Shown in pieces: positions 1 through 14,600 of a stretch of 64,000 bases of DNA. Origin of the DNA: Paraspadella gotoi. Lineage: Eukaryota > Animalia > Chaetognatha. The first letter of the stretch is position 1, and each line of letters begins with the position of its first letter. Both the position numbers and the translations under genes were made by a program. The stretch spans positions 7,336,861 through 7,400,860 of the forward strand of contig CM119268.1 in NCBI GenBank assembly GCA_051294375.1, written 5' to 3'. The notes beneath the pieces are model-generated. The model had not been told where the DNA came from. It saw nothing but the letters and a program-made list of their open reading frames with translations, and made no database searches.

Positions 1-2857
1 TTTTACTTACATCTCATTTTATCATAACTATTACCTTTATTATTTTATTTTCTTTAGTTTAATATATCATTTCTGACCACTATCTTTTCTTCAATTCTTT
101 GTGGAAGCGGAATCTTTGTGAAACCGAAATCTGTTGAGTCAAACCGTTTGAAGAAGACTCATAAAAGCTAGGAAGGTTCGAAAACCTTTATTATATAAAT
201 ATCATCTGTTAATGCTGAAATAAAACTTGTTTTCTTTATTATCAAACCTTTAAAATAAGTGAACCACAAATTTAAATGTAATTGTTACATAATTTGCCTT
301 CATATGTTTCTATCTGCTACTTTGGAAAATTCTTTCCATAAAATACGACATTAAACTAAACCTGCAGTTTTATTTTTCATTTACTTCATAATTATTACTT
401 TTTTTTATATTAAGAATTCAATCAAACTAGGTTTTCCTCAATTTTTTTCCCTTTTTTTGTGTTTGACTTAAGAAAGAAGGTTTTGATGATTTGTTCCTGA
501 ACTAATTCAAATCATTCTGTTTAAAACTATAAGCATAATAAACTTGAGTATTAATAAGTTTTTATTATAAGTTTTAACACTAGTTTGACTTTGCACAATA
601 AAATAAAAAATGACGCATTCAGCTATGACCATTGCAGCAAGCCTTTTACCATATCCTAATTATTTACTTTCTTACAAACAACACCACTCTCTTCGGACGG
701 GCATCCACTAAATTCTCCACAAAGAGTCAAAATATCTAAACAGAAAAGAAAAGTTTTGTTTACCTAACTATTCCAGGATAATTTTTACATATATTCTTAA
801 TTATCTTGGCCATTTATAAATCTAAACTTAATGCCATACTAATTAAATATATATTTTTCCCCTTAGTTTATTATGTTTGATTACATTATCACAAAAACAT
901 TACTTGCATCAATAATATATTCAATCTAGCTAGTCTAATAAAAGGCATAAGACCAAGATAGAATTCAAATTGTTACCCTTTAATTTTATTATGTAATACT
1001 GCTTTTAAAATTTGAATCTGTTTTTTAAAAACAATAAAAGTTACAATTTCTTGGAGAAAGAAAACAATTTCACTCATGGCACAAAAGTAGTAATGCGGCC
1101 CATTTTCCCAAACACTTTTGAATATTTACTAAAAGCAAAGACTCAGCAGGATTCCTCGAAAATATTGCATTAATTTTAATCTAAATTTGACATCTCTTGT
1201 TAATTAAGGGCGGCAAATTTAAGCCACATAAAGCAGGCTCCCAAATTTTTAAAATTAGTGGAGAATGAATAATTATAAAACAGATATATCGTACGATTAA
1301 CGACCTTTATCTTTTCTCTCTTCTCCAATCGATTTCTGATACATATTATGTATGCTCAGTGCTCTGTAAACCTCTATCAATTTTTCTGCACCTAGGACGG
1401 ATTCGCAGTACTTCCGTTCAACGCCTAAAATTATAATTGCTGTTTAATTACTCTTACTAATACTCCTCCAAACGTCTCAGGTGTGCACATCATTTTAGTC
1501 TATAAATAGTCCCATTTGAGTCCCTCAAGAGAAAGAGTCATATATCGGAATAACCCATAGATTCTTGTATTGTCTCGTATATTTACGCGAATACTATACA
1601 TATTAGTGGATTATCTAAATAACAGTTTCTCAGTAATTCCAAGTTTAACTAAAAAAATATTTATACGGTGCTTAACGATCGCTCAAAAATTTATAGTTCT
1701 CACACAATCACGAATTCCCGAGTATTGATTAAGTCGATGTCGATCGATCCACTGAATTGTCGACGCGGATCTATTAAAACATGCCTTTAAATTATCTTAT
1801 TCCCACATCCTAATAACATTCCTCTGACATCAACGAATATCTCCGCGCTAAAATAGGTGACTCGACACACTTTGGCAAAATCTATACCTCAGTGTGACAG
1901 AGCTTTCCTCGTTCTGGCTACAAAAGGTTTCTATCATGCTTTTATCTCAGTCCCTCAATGTCTCTTGTCTACAGACATTAAAACGCTAAGGCCCATAACT
2001 AAACTGAAGTTCCCGTGACCCTTCATCTGGCCGCTAATGACCTGAAAATCACTTCTCGTGAGGTAATCCATCGCTAATATAATTTAGTGGAAACTCACTC
2101 TCAACTCGATAAAATTTATAATAAACGATTTTCCATGTTTATTTTTACACCGACCTATGAAAAGAGTTGCTGACGCAAGGTCTCCTTCCTCTACAAAACA
2201 AAAACAGAATCAAAACTGCGTGGACGAGGGATAAACCAAAACGATGCTTTCATTCCTGGAGAAGTAAACTCCTTTTACGTATAAAAGAATTTGGCCCTAC
2301 ATAGCTATAAGACGTGGACAGTCAAATAGCGCAGCTGGAGACACGACATAGCACTAAGGTATTCGCATATTGCGAGAATAAGGGAGTGTTTAGTGCTTCG
2401 GGTCCCAGGCCACATTGTCAAGGATTTTTTGAGGATTAGATTTGAAAGAAGAAGAAAAAAAAAAATAATAAAAACCGCGAAAATTTCACGAAAAAAAAAA
2501 GAAATCAAATTCTTGCGATTCGAACGGATTAAGACCGAATGAATTCGTATTTTTTTCATTTTTAACTTATTATTTAGGCGGGAAGACCTGGATGACCTTG
2601 AGACCTGAAACAAAACGAGCTATGTTAAGTAAGTTTGAAAAAAACCAAAGTTTCAATGACTATAAACCAACGAAAAGGCTTTTTTCTATTTTTTTTAATG
2701 GAGTCACTAAGTTTATTGTCGGCGTTTGCGTGAGGCGAATGGGGGTACCCGTGACCGACTGACCGTGTAATCGCGCGCAAGGGTGACCTTGGCTTGTCAA
2801 ACGATGCGAGCGTTGGCGTGGGTGATTTTTGTGTGTGTATATATTTTTATTGAAAGA

Positions 2858-2933
<76 letters not shown>

Positions 2934-3204
2934 AGAGAATTAAAAGGGTCCTCTCGCCCCACCCTCATGTTTTGCACTTCCCTCAAAGGAAAAAATGAAA
3001 AAGTGAAAAAAAAAATAATAGAAGTGGAAAAAAAAGAAGAAAAGAAAAAAATTTAAGAAAAACATGTAATTTTTTTTTATCAAATTCTCTGACATTTGAG
3101 GTTTAAAAAGTTAAAAAAAATAGAAGAAAATCTATCTCGTGTTTTGGCGAGAAAAAAATTTGATCGCAAAGAAATTGAGCAATTGCTCATATTTAACTGA
3201 ATAT

Positions 3205-3465
3205 ATATTAAATATATATATATTATACGTATATTTAGTATATTCACTACATTGGTAGGATGATTGGAGTTAATTTAAATTTGGTTAAAATTAGCAATGA
3301 TTTGATCAGAAAAGTGTTTTGACCTTTTTTATTCTCTCTCTTGTTATATATATATATATTATACGTATATTTAGTATATTCACTACATTGGTAGGATGAT
3401 TGGAGTTAATTTTAAATCTTGGTTAAAAAATTAGCAATGATTGATCAGAAAAGTGTTTGACCTTC
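3205..3465 (+). repeat. Tandem duplication of about 125 bp
   Basis: tattatacgtatatttagtatattcactacattggtaggatgattggagttaattt...gatcagaaaagtgtttgacct occurs twice (about 3212-3325 and 3347-3463). Confidence 0.9.
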
Positions 3466-4713
3466 TTTCAATGTTGGCCTAGGGGGAGTCGGGGTTTCAT
3501 GGGTTTGAAGACGTGAAAAAAGTCACGTGACTTTTAAAGATTAACGCTTTGTTGTTGTTGTTGTTGGTCGGGTTTTCTTTGTCAAGAGGGAACTTATTTT
3601 TCCAGATGAGCTTTTCGTATTTTTTTTTCTTATTTCTTTCTTTTCTCGATGAATTAATTGCGATGATTCTTTCTTTATTTTGTCTTTTATGTTGATATAG
3701 ATTCGTATTTTTCTTCATCGACCTCGACTCCCGAAAGATCGAAACTCCATTTTCTAAACTTGGTTAGAAATCTTTTCTAATTTTTATTCGATAAATATTG
3801 AAGTGGTAAGGTTAATTTTGTGGACGATTTCAGTTGGTAAAAAAATCGTACGACTATCTCACAAGATGCTTATCTAGTATCATAAACCGCCAAATATTTT
3901 TACGGAATCCAAGCACTCTGGGAGTTAATAAACTCGACTGCGTGATTAAAATTTTGCATAATCTTACTATATTATTATCTTGAAATAGGGTCGTTACTGA
4001 CCACAGTCCTACCAGAGTCTACAGACATACTTTTTTATTTAATGAATTGATAATTTTTCTCATCTTTACTTCGTTTTCGTTATATTAAATTTCTCGTCTT
4101 TTCTTTGTTATTGTTATCGTCGTCCATATTTTCCGTCTTTCGTGGGCGCGTCTTTTTATTAAAAGAAAATGTCTCAGCGCTCCCTCCCCTTTGCTCCCCC
4201 CACTCTGGCACTTTTTCCCCCCTTTCGCTCCACCCCAAAAGCTCCCCCCTTTCGTTTCCGTCTTTCGATTTTCAAAGTTCGACGGTCTGGAGAAACTCAT
4301 TTTGAAGGAGTGGAGCTGGGAAATCCGAGCCTATGTGGTGAAAGAGGGAGCAGTGGTGGTGGGAGTGGCTCGCTGGAGAAGTGAGATGCTGGCTGTGAGA
4401 CGTGAGTGATTATGGAGTGGAGTGGCAGAGGGGAGTGGAGTGGCTGGACTGGGATGTGGAGCCGTGGTGGAGTGGCGGCGGTTTGCTGTAGAGGTCGAAG
4501 CGCGACGAAGCGGTTTAGTTCTGGTGAGCCAGGGTTAAATGAGGTCAAATACTAGGATAAGTCCAATTAAATTAGAATATAATTCTACTTTATTCGAACG
4601 AGGTGAGTTCGTCGGCGTAAGAAGTGGGTGGCTTTGCGTCGTTGTGTGGTTGTGTGTGTTAGGGAGGGGCAACGATATCGTTTACGTTATAATGTATGGG
4701 TTCATCATTGAGA

Positions 4714-4766
<53 letters not shown>

Positions 4767-4986
4767 GAGAGATATTTCATCTCTCATCCAGAAAAATGGG
4801 TGAGGCTCCATTCTCAGCTGCCACCTCTTTATTTCATTCATTTCCATTTTCGATTTAACCACCGCCCCCCCCGCCCCCCCGAGAGAAAACTTCTCTTGAC
4901 TCTCTCTTTTTTCTGCTTCACCTCGTCACTCCAGTCGTCTCTATCTCTATCTTCTATTTTACCTCTTTTTCTCCTTTCTTTCTTTC

Positions 4987-5084
<98 letters not shown>

Positions 5085-6057
5085 CGATAAAATTTCCATT
5101 CGAATAAAATCTTTTCATCTCTCTCCCGCCCCCCACCCAAATAAAAGAGGTTGAAAGAGTGAAAGTAAATTATAGGACTCGAAAGAGATGAGATGAGATG
5201 AGATGATCGGCAGAGATGAGACGGATGAGTGACTTACTTTCTGACTCACTTTTTTTTATCCTTCTGTCGGTGAATCGATTCCAAAAAAAAATTGGTGGGC
5301 GTGAATCTGTGAACTTTTTTTAGATATCACACGTGAAATAATCCAATGATTTTTTTTGATCTTCACTTGACGATGACTTTTGTCTGGGTTTCTTTTTTTT
5401 TTTTTTTATAAATGAACTTTATCCTTTCATCAATTTTCTGAAGGGTCGATCTTTTTTATTTCCGATTTCAATTTTTTCTTTCTTTTTTCTTTTTGCTGAT
5501 GGGTTTTCTTTTCTTTTTTTTTAATTTCTGATGGTTGATTTGGTTGTTGTCTTCTTCTTCGTTGGTTCAGGTCACCGTGCCGTCACCGGCTTCCGAAAAT
5601 AAATCACTCTTTTCGTTTAAAATCTGTGAATCTCACTTGAAATCTTTTTTTTTGTGTGTGTGGGTGACTTTTGTTTGCTTTACTTTAAAATTCGCGTTTT
5701 TATTCAAACTGTTTTGTTTGTTTTGATTTTCGATGAGTTGGTTTTAGTTTTTATCGATCACAGACGTCGAGTTCACGGTTTCTCGATAATTTTTTTTTCT
5801 TCATAAAATATAAAAATTCCTCCACCTTTTCGAACTGAATTAAACGGAGAATTTTTTTTTCTTGGTAGATCTTTATGGAAATAATATATCCGTCAGTTTG
5901 AGCTTGATTGGTTGCTTGGTGAACAGATTTAAAATCCACAGTTTAATATATCCCCACTTCAGAGTTTTTCGGCGAGCTTCGTTGAATGATGAAATTTAAA
6001 ATTTTGAAAATTTTTCAAAATTATTCGTGGTTATTTTTTCTTTCTCCTCCTTTGGGA

Positions 6058-6183
<126 letters not shown>

Positions 6184-6513
6184 TTGAAATTAAAAGACGG
6201 AGAAAATACTTTTTTTATTATCAAGACTGATATTTTTCTATTCTCGAAGTTTTCTCAAAAATTTTTTCCAAATATTTCTCTCTCAAAGGGTAAGGGCGGA
6301 AGACGAGGCTTTTGTTTGTTTATGTTTTATTTTGTTTAAACATCGAATGTTAACGTCGCGTTTCACACGGCGAAAGTGATTTTTTTTGTTGTTGTCGTCC
6401 TATTCACTTCATTCCGAGTAATTGTAAGAAATTGTGAATCCGGTTTGGAAGTGAGAATCACAGGGGAATCACCGGAGCCAATCACAAATTCTTTTTCGAG
6501 ACAGGGAGTGGGA

Positions 6514-6629
<116 letters not shown>

Positions 6630-7744
6630 GTGAGTAACGAGGCAATCACTTTTTTTTTCCTCTTTTCTTTTCTCAGTTTTTCCTTCTTTTCTCTCTCGAC
6701 TTAATTTCGATGGAATTCGACTTATTTTCTTTTTTCTCTCCTTCGATTTTCGTCGGCGAAGTTTATCACTCGATTACAGGGTCGTCGTTTTCCAATCGAT
6801 TTCACAAGGACGCCACGTACATTGAAAGAAAAACCGGAAGAAAGACGCAGACAGAGACAGAGACGAAAGGAGACGAGGACGAAAAGCGACAGAGACAGAT
6901 AAGCGACGCTTGGAATCGATTTAATGCGGAATCAAAGGAAGATTTCTTTTTCTTTTTTTTTCGCCCGAGTTGTCGTTTCTATGCGTTTATTTCTTGTTGA
7001 TGTTTAATATTTATATCTTTCGTCGTTGTTTTTTTTTTCTCGCGGTTATTTTTGTCTTATTTTTTTTTTCAGAAGACGAATTGATTAAATATATTTCCAG
7101 TTGCCAGTCGGATTGTATAACACAAATGTTTGCTTTCGATACAACCGCTGGATGTTCTTTTTTTTTTAAACAGAGACCTTCAACGGGCAATCCTGGGGTA
7201 AAAACGTGCGTTGATTTTGATGAATTAACTGATTTTTTTATGCTTTTCCTATTTTGAAATTAAACAATATATACTTTTTTCCGCCCACTAATCTAAAACG
7301 CGCGGCAGCGCGATCATCTCGTCTCTAGAATGTACAAAAGTTTCTTCTTTTCTTGTATAAAAAGAAAAAAATTGGCCGAGCGCGCACGCGGTCGGCACGC
7401 AGTAAACCACGCCAACAAACGCACGAGAGGCAGAAAAAAAGAGCCCCGGTCTGGTTGCCTTCCAAACGGGCCCCGGCGAGTAGATAGGGGGAGAGAAGAA
7501 GCGAGATAGAGAGTGAGAGATCGAGAGAAGAGAGAGAGAGAGAAGAGAGAGAGGAGAGAGAGAAGAAAGAGAGAGAGAGAGAGAGAGAGAGAAGAGAGCA
7601 GGAGGGGGGACGAGGCCCCCCTTTTCTCCATGGGTCGGAGCGGGAAGAGAAGAAGAGGAAGAGAAGAACGAAGAAAAAACGAAAGAGAAAAGAGAGAAAA
7701 TTGACGCTCGAAAGAGAATCCCCAGCCCCCCCTCCCTCCGCGAT

Positions 7745-8059
7745 CACCAAACCGGAGCGAGGCCACTCCTCCGGCCCCCTAGCACTCCACCCTCACCACC
7801 GCCGGCCACCAACACCCTCATCTCCCCCGCCAGTTGAAAACGGCTCTCACTCTCATCCACTCCGGGGGATCGAAAGGGCCGAGGGGGAGTGAGGGCCGAA
7901 GGGGGAGGGGGGGCTGGATTTCCCGACTCAATTTCTCCGTTCTTTTTCCTCTTTCTCGTTCCTTTCTTCTTCTCTTCTCCTATTTCCTTCCTCTTCTCCG
8001 CCGACCCCATGGAGAGAGGCCGCATTCCCCCTCCTTCTTCTCTCTCTCTTCTCTCATCC

Positions 8060-8108
<49 letters not shown>

Positions 8109-9091
8109 CTCTTCTCGATCTCTTCACTCTCTATCTCGGCTTCTTCCTCTCCCCTTCTCGAGCCGGGGCCCGTTGCAGGCCAAGAACCAGAAGACGCGGG
8201 GCTCTTTTTTTTCTGCCTCTCGAGTCAGTCATGTTGGGCGTGTGACTGCGTGCGACCTGCGTGCGCGCCATCGTCCAATTTTTTTTTTTTTTATACCAAG
8301 AAAAGAAGAAACTTTGTACATTCGTAGAGACCGAGATAAGTCATCGAACGCGCCGGCGCTGATTATGATGGTCGATACGACTGCTGCGCGGCTTGAGCGT
8401 TAGATTAGTCCGGGAAAGATTTTTTAATACGCGCAAAATAGAAGAAAAACACATCGAGTAATCCAATTACAACCAAAATCAACGCACTTTTTTACGCAAG
8501 ATAAGCTCCTCCGTTGAAGGTCTCTGTCTTAAAAAAAGAAACATTCCAAGGCCGGTTGTACGATCAGCAACATTTGTGTTATACAATCCGCGGGCAACGT
8601 GGAAATATATTTCATACAATTCGTACTTGCTGAAAAAAAAGAGTAAGACCAATATACCGCGAGAAAAAAAAACAACGACGAAATATAATATTAAACATAA
8701 CAAGAAAGTAAACCTCGCAATTAGACACGAACAACCGGGCCAAAGAAAAGAAAAAGAAATCCTTCTCTTGATTCCGCGGATTAAAGTCCGCATTCCAAAC
8801 GTCTGCTTTACTGTTCTGTCGCTTTTCGTCCGTCTCCTTTCGTCATCTGTCTCTGTCATGGTCTTTCTTCTCGGTTTTTCTTTCATGTACGTGGCCGTCT
8901 CGTGCAAATCGATTGGAACGACGGACCCTGTAATTACGAGTGGTCATAAACTCGCCGACCGAAAAATCGAAGCGAGAGAAAAAGCAAGAATAAGTCGAAT
9001 CCATCCGATTAAGATCGAGAGAGAAAAAGAAGGAAAACTAGAGAAAAGAAAAGAGGAAAAAAAGAAGTGATTGCCATCGTTACACCCTCAC
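7745..9091 (-). repeat. Fold-back inverted duplicate of about 6630-7740 and of 9398-9545
   Basis: 8881-9070 is the reverse complement of about 6645-6835; 7900-8340 is the reverse complement of about 7315-7735; 7745-7885 is the reverse complement of 9398-9545; 9117-9210 repeats 7260-7360 directly. Confidence 0.9.
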
Positions 9092-10089
9092 NNNNNNNNN
9101 NNNNNNNNNNNNNNNNTTAAAAATATATTTTTTTCCGCCACTAAATCTAAAACGCGCGCGCGCGATATCTCGTCTCTAGAATGTAAAAAGTTTCTTCTTT
9201 TCTTGTATAACAGAGAGAGATGGCGCCCCTCACTCCCCGCGCNNNNNNNNNNNNNNNNNNNNNNNNNNNNNNNNNNNNNNNNNNNNNNNNNNNNNNNNNN
9301 NNNNNNNNNNNNNNNNNNNNNNNNNNNNNNNNNNNNNNNNNNNNNNNNNNNNNNNNNNNNNNNNNNNNNNNNNNNNNNNNNNNNNNNNNNNNNNNNNTCG
9401 GCCCTCTTCGATTCCCCCGGGAGGTGGATGAGAGGAGAGCCGATTTTCAACTGCGGGGAGATGAGGGGTGTTGGTGGGCCGGCGGTGGAGTGGGTGGAGT
9501 GCTAGGGGGGGGCCGGAGGAGTGGCCTCGCTCGTTTGGGATCGACTGGTGGGATAGTTTGGAGTTGGTGGTCGATCGAGGGGTGTTAAGGGGATGGTCGG
9601 ATTGGCGGTTAAAACGCGCGGACAAAATTACTCGGAGTTATTTAGAGCGTTGAGGAAGTCATAAGAGGAGAATTAGGCTGATGAACAAGGTTGTTTAGTG
9701 TTAAACTGAAAGAGTAAAAGTATCTAGAGTCGTTTCGTCTGTAAATCTCGATCGTACATCGTGACATCGTACAGTTCGGCGATGGCGATGTTTTCCGTTA
9801 GTTTTTATCGCGTTCAGAAAGGTTTTTTTTATTAGATCCTGTGAATGAGTTAAGTTGGTCGGATATAGTTCAATTTAAGCTAAGACTAAGTTCGAGAAGA
9901 AAACGAATGATTTCAAATTTGATTTGAATAAGAAATAGGGTTAAATTTCTTGGCCTTTCAAAAAAGGGTGGGTCGTTTTAAGAGCAGTTAACTGGTGCTG
10001 TTGTTTCAAGTGATTGTTTTGTTTGTGAAGAAATCGGGATTAGGATGCCTGGTTCTGAGGATTTAGTATTAAATCTGCATTAAAAAGAA

Positions 10090-13000
10090 CTTAATGTAAT
10101 GTTCCAGAACGATTTCGCATAAATCTTCATCGGGGTTTATTTTTTCATTTTTTTTTCTGGGTAATTAGAGATTGTAAAAAAAGGATGAGTTAAAAAAAAA
10201 AAGGGAAAGTAAGAAAATAAAGAGTCAGTGTGAGGAAAGGGAAGGGAGAGCATCTGATTCGCTGGTTCAATGACTCCATCGTTCAAACATTTTATTTTCT
10301 TTCAAATTTTCTGTTTTGAAATTATTTTTTTTCTGAGGATGTTTTTTTTCTTAAAATGACTTTTTTTCTCTCAAATGTTCTTCCGCTTAGAAATTTACAA
10401 TTTTTTTTTCTCACTTCCGAATGTAAGAATTGGGCTGGAGTTTTTTTTTCTTTTTTTTTCTGTAGCCAGAGCTGTATTCGGGATGTAGCCAGGATGAAGC
10501 CGGGATGTAGCCGGACAAGTATTACGCCGTCCAAAAAGGCGCAGTTTGAACTGGCTATAAGCGGACAGTTTCAACTGCACCTCTTTCTGTCACGAAACTG
10601 TCTTCTTTTCCCCTGTTTTTAGGGAATCCCCGCCACTTTTTTTATGGGATAACATTGAAGCCCTCAGCATTATCCACGGCGGGGAATCCCCGCCACTATT
10701 TTTGATTGGGAATTGACATTTGAAGCCCTATCCCCGGCCCGAATCACAAAATCTGTTCATTCATAGCAGTCTCTTGTTAATAAAAAATTTAACTGAAACA
10801 TAAAAGAATATTAATATCCTAATTTAATAAAATAATATATTGGCTTGATGGCTGAGAATAGATTCGGTCTTATGGCTTACTCAGAAAAGAAAAATGAAAG
10901 TTATTAGAAATAATATATTTATTCATAAAGAATTAGCACAGTACTCGAAGACTTCTGTCTCCTCTAAGGCGTACAAACTTAAAATGAAAAAAATTGTATC
11001 TATTAGGTTCAACATAACTTGCTTCACAGAAGTCTCTTCCTCTTACTATTTTTAATCATATTAAGTTCTTCTTATAAATTTCTATTGTCAGTTAAAAACC
11101 TGTTTCTTCTAAAATACAGTTCTTGGAAAGTTTTTACAAAAAACTTTTAGTTACTAAAAAATTTTTGTTTTTACTTTGAATAAAATAAATATGTTGAGGA
11201 AAATTATTAAATATAAAATAATCTAAAAAATATCAAAAATAAAATCTATTCAGTTTAAAAAACTTTTATTGTTTCAGTTCATTTCTCGTAGATAATTATT
11301 TATATAAAATTTATTTTTTTATTTTTTAGTTGCAGCAACACTAGAAAAAATATAAAACAACCTAATAAAATATACTAATTCTCTAACCTCAAACCCAGTC
11401 TTTAACAAAAGCAAGTTTGAGCAAACAATGTCAGATTGCCCACGATCATTAGTAATAATTAATTAATTAATCAGTTAAAACATTAATTAAATTAATAAAT
11501 TAATTGTTTACACAAACTTATTGATAGATTGATTTTTTTTCCTTTTCTTTTCTCTTTTCTTTTATTTTTTCTTTTTTTTTATTTCCTTCTTCCTTTTTTT
11601 TTTTTTTCTTTCTATCTTTCTATTTTTCTTCTTAATTTTTTAATTGTTTTTCATATCTTTCTTTTCGTCTTCTTCGAGAGAGAGAAAGAAGAGAACACAC
11701 AAGAAGAGAGATAAGACGAAGAGAGAGAGAGAGAACAGAGAGAGATAGATAAGTGGCCCATTGTCTTGTCCCCGTCAAGAAATTGGGGCGGGGATTTGCC
11801 GGGAATGATATCCCGGCAAGGCCGCCGCAGGGCGTAGTTGCGGTGAACTTATTAGTTCTTTCCCCGAAACTGCGCGAAGTTTTAACACGTTAAACTGCAA
11901 GGTATTGGCCCGCGAAATATCTCTAGCGAGCTGATTTCGAGATGTAGCCGGGATGTAGCCGGGATGTAGCCGGGATGAAGCCCGGATGTAACCGGATGCA
12001 ATCGGAGCTGTAGCCGTGATTGTAGCTTCTTCTTTTAAAGAAATCACTTCTCGCCGGTTCTTCCAAATTCTCAAGTGAGGTCATTAACTTTCGGAAAGTT
12101 CACGACTTTTTAATCGTTCTTAACTATTTCTGGATTTTAAAGGATTTTTTAACGTTTAAGTCTTGAGACTCTAATTCTCTCTTTTAGTTTCTTTGTCTTT
12201 TTCATTTCCTTTCGCTTCGAGGAGGTGAAGTTCGGGAATTAGGTCGTCACATCCGGTTCTGGGATATTTATTTATAGGGTATTGAAACATGTGACTATGC
12301 ATTTTTAAAGGGGGTACTTAATGTATGTTCCAGAAACGTTTCGCGCTAGTCAAGGGCATCTCATCGGGTCAGGGGTTTATTTTTTTCATTTTTTTTTGCT
12401 GGTAATTAGAGTTGTTAAAAGGATGAGTAAAAATAAAAGGGAAGTAAGGAAATAAAGAGTCAGTTGGAGGGAAAGGGAAAGGGAGAGCATCTGATTCGCT
12501 GGTTCAATGACTCCATCGTCGTCAAACTTATTGTTTTCTTTCAAATTTTGTTTGTTTTGAAATTATCAATTTTTTTCGTGAGTGATCGTTTTTTTGCTTA
12601 AAATCGACTTTTTTTCTCTCACATGTTCTTGTCGGGCCGGCTAGAAATTTACAATTTTTTTTTCACTTCCACGAATTGCATTTTTAAGAATTCTCGGAGC
12701 CAGGAGCTGATTGGCTGGGTTTTTTTTTTGTAGATGAGTTGTACGGGTTAGCCAGGATGAAACCGGGATCGTAGTCCGGACAAGTTATTACGCCGCGGTC
12801 CAAAAGGCGCAGTTTGAACTTGCGTATTAAGGGGACAGTTATCATAAGCTGGCACCATCTTTCTGTTCAACGAAACTGTCTTCTTTTAGCCCGCTGCTTT
12901 TTTAAGGAATCGGCCCGCCACTTTTTTATGGGGATTAACATGTGAGAGCCCTGCAGCATTATTATTATCACACGGGCGGGGAATCCCCGGCCACGTAATT

Positions 13001-14600
13001 TTTGATGGGCGAATTGATCATTGAAGCCCTATCGGGACCGAGGCCCACGAATCACAAAAATTGTTCATATTCATAGGCAGTCCTTTTTTTTGTTTTATAA
13101 AATATTTAACTGAAAACCATAAACAACATAATTAATAGATCCTAATTTAAAATAATAGGGATAATATACTTGGCTTGATGCTGAGAATATGAAGATTGAA
13201 TTTTAATTTGAATTTCTTTTTTTGAATGCTGATATCGCAGAAAAAAAAAATGATTTATTATGTAGTAGATCTTTTAAATAAATAATTTATTCATAAAGAT
13301 TATTAGCACAGTACTCCTCGAAGACTTCTGTCTCCTCTAAGGTACAAACTTAAAATGAAAAAAATTGTATCTATTAGGTTCACATAACTTGCTTCACAGA
13401 AGTCTCTTCCTCTTACTATTTTTAATCATATAAGTTTCTTCTTATAAATTTTCTATTGTCAGTTAAAAACCTGTTTTCTCTAAAATACAGTTCTTGGAAA
13501 GTTTTTACAAAAAACTTTTAGTTTACTAAAAAATTTTTTGTTTTACTTTGAATAAAATAATATTGTTGAAGAAATTATTAAATATAAAATAATCTAAAAA
13601 ATATCAAAATAAAATTCTATTCAGTTTAAAAAACTTTTATTGTTTCAGTTCATTTCTGTAGATAAATTATTTATATAAAATTTTATTTTTTATTTTTTAG
13701 TTGCAGCAACACTAGAAAAAATATAAACAAACCTAATAAATATACTAATTCCTAACTCAAACCCAGTCTTTAACAAGCAAGTTTGAGCAAACAATGTCAG
13801 ATCTGCCCACGATCATTAGTATAATTAATTAATTAATCAGTTAAAACATTAATGTAAATTAATAAATTAATTGTTTACACAAACTTGATTGATAGATTGA
13901 TTTTTTTTTCCTTTTCTTTTCTCTTTTTCTTTTATTTTTTCTTTTTTTTTATTTCCTTCTTCTTTTTTTTTTTCTTTTTTCTTCTATCTTTCTATTTTCT
14001 TCTTAATTTTTTAATTGTTTTTCATATCTTTCTTTCGTCTTTCTTCGAGAGAGGAAGAAAGAAAGAGAAACACACAGAGAAAAGAGAGAGAGAGAGAGAG
14101 AGAGACGAGACAGAGAGAGATAGATAAGTGCCCATTGTCTTGTCCCCGTCAAGATTGGGGCGGGGATTTGCCGGGAATGATATCCCGGCGAAGGCCGCCG
14201 CAGGGCGTAGTTTGCGGTGAACTTTATAGTTCTCTTCCCCGAAACTGGCGCGAAGTTTTAACAGTTTAATGCAAGGATATGGCCCGCGAAAATATCTCTA
14301 GCCGGAGCTGTATTCGAGATGTAGCCGGGATGTAGCCGGGATGTAGCCGGGATGAAGCCCGATGTAACGGATGCAATCGGAGCTGTTAGCCGTGATTGTA
14401 GCTTCTTCTTTTAAAGAAATCACTTCTCGCCGGTTCTTCCAAATTCTCAAGTGAGGTCATTAACTTTCGGAAAGTTCACGACTTTTTAATCGTTCTTAAC
14501 TATTTCTGGATTTTAAAGGATTTTTTAACGTTTAAGTCTTGAGACTCTAATTCTCTCTTTTAGTTTCTTTGTCTTTTTCATTTTCCTTCGTCGCTTCGGC
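10090..14600 (+). repeat. Tandem direct duplication of a unit of about 2.2 kb (10090-12220 and 12318-14598)
   Basis: Near-identical blocks, e.g. 10950-11520 vs 13320-13885 and 12000-12200 vs 14375-14580. The 5' part of copy 2 is insertion-rich. Confidence 0.93.

Noticed and set aside
4085-4620. GC-rich cluster of short overlapping ORFs
   Set aside because: No recognisable homology or consistent splice pair; the GGAGT-rich part looks like low-complexity or noisy sequence.
10481-14395. CRISPR-like reading of the short GGATGTAGCCG repeats
   Set aside because: The units are head-to-tail 11-mers without spacers, the context is eukaryotic and there are no cas genes.
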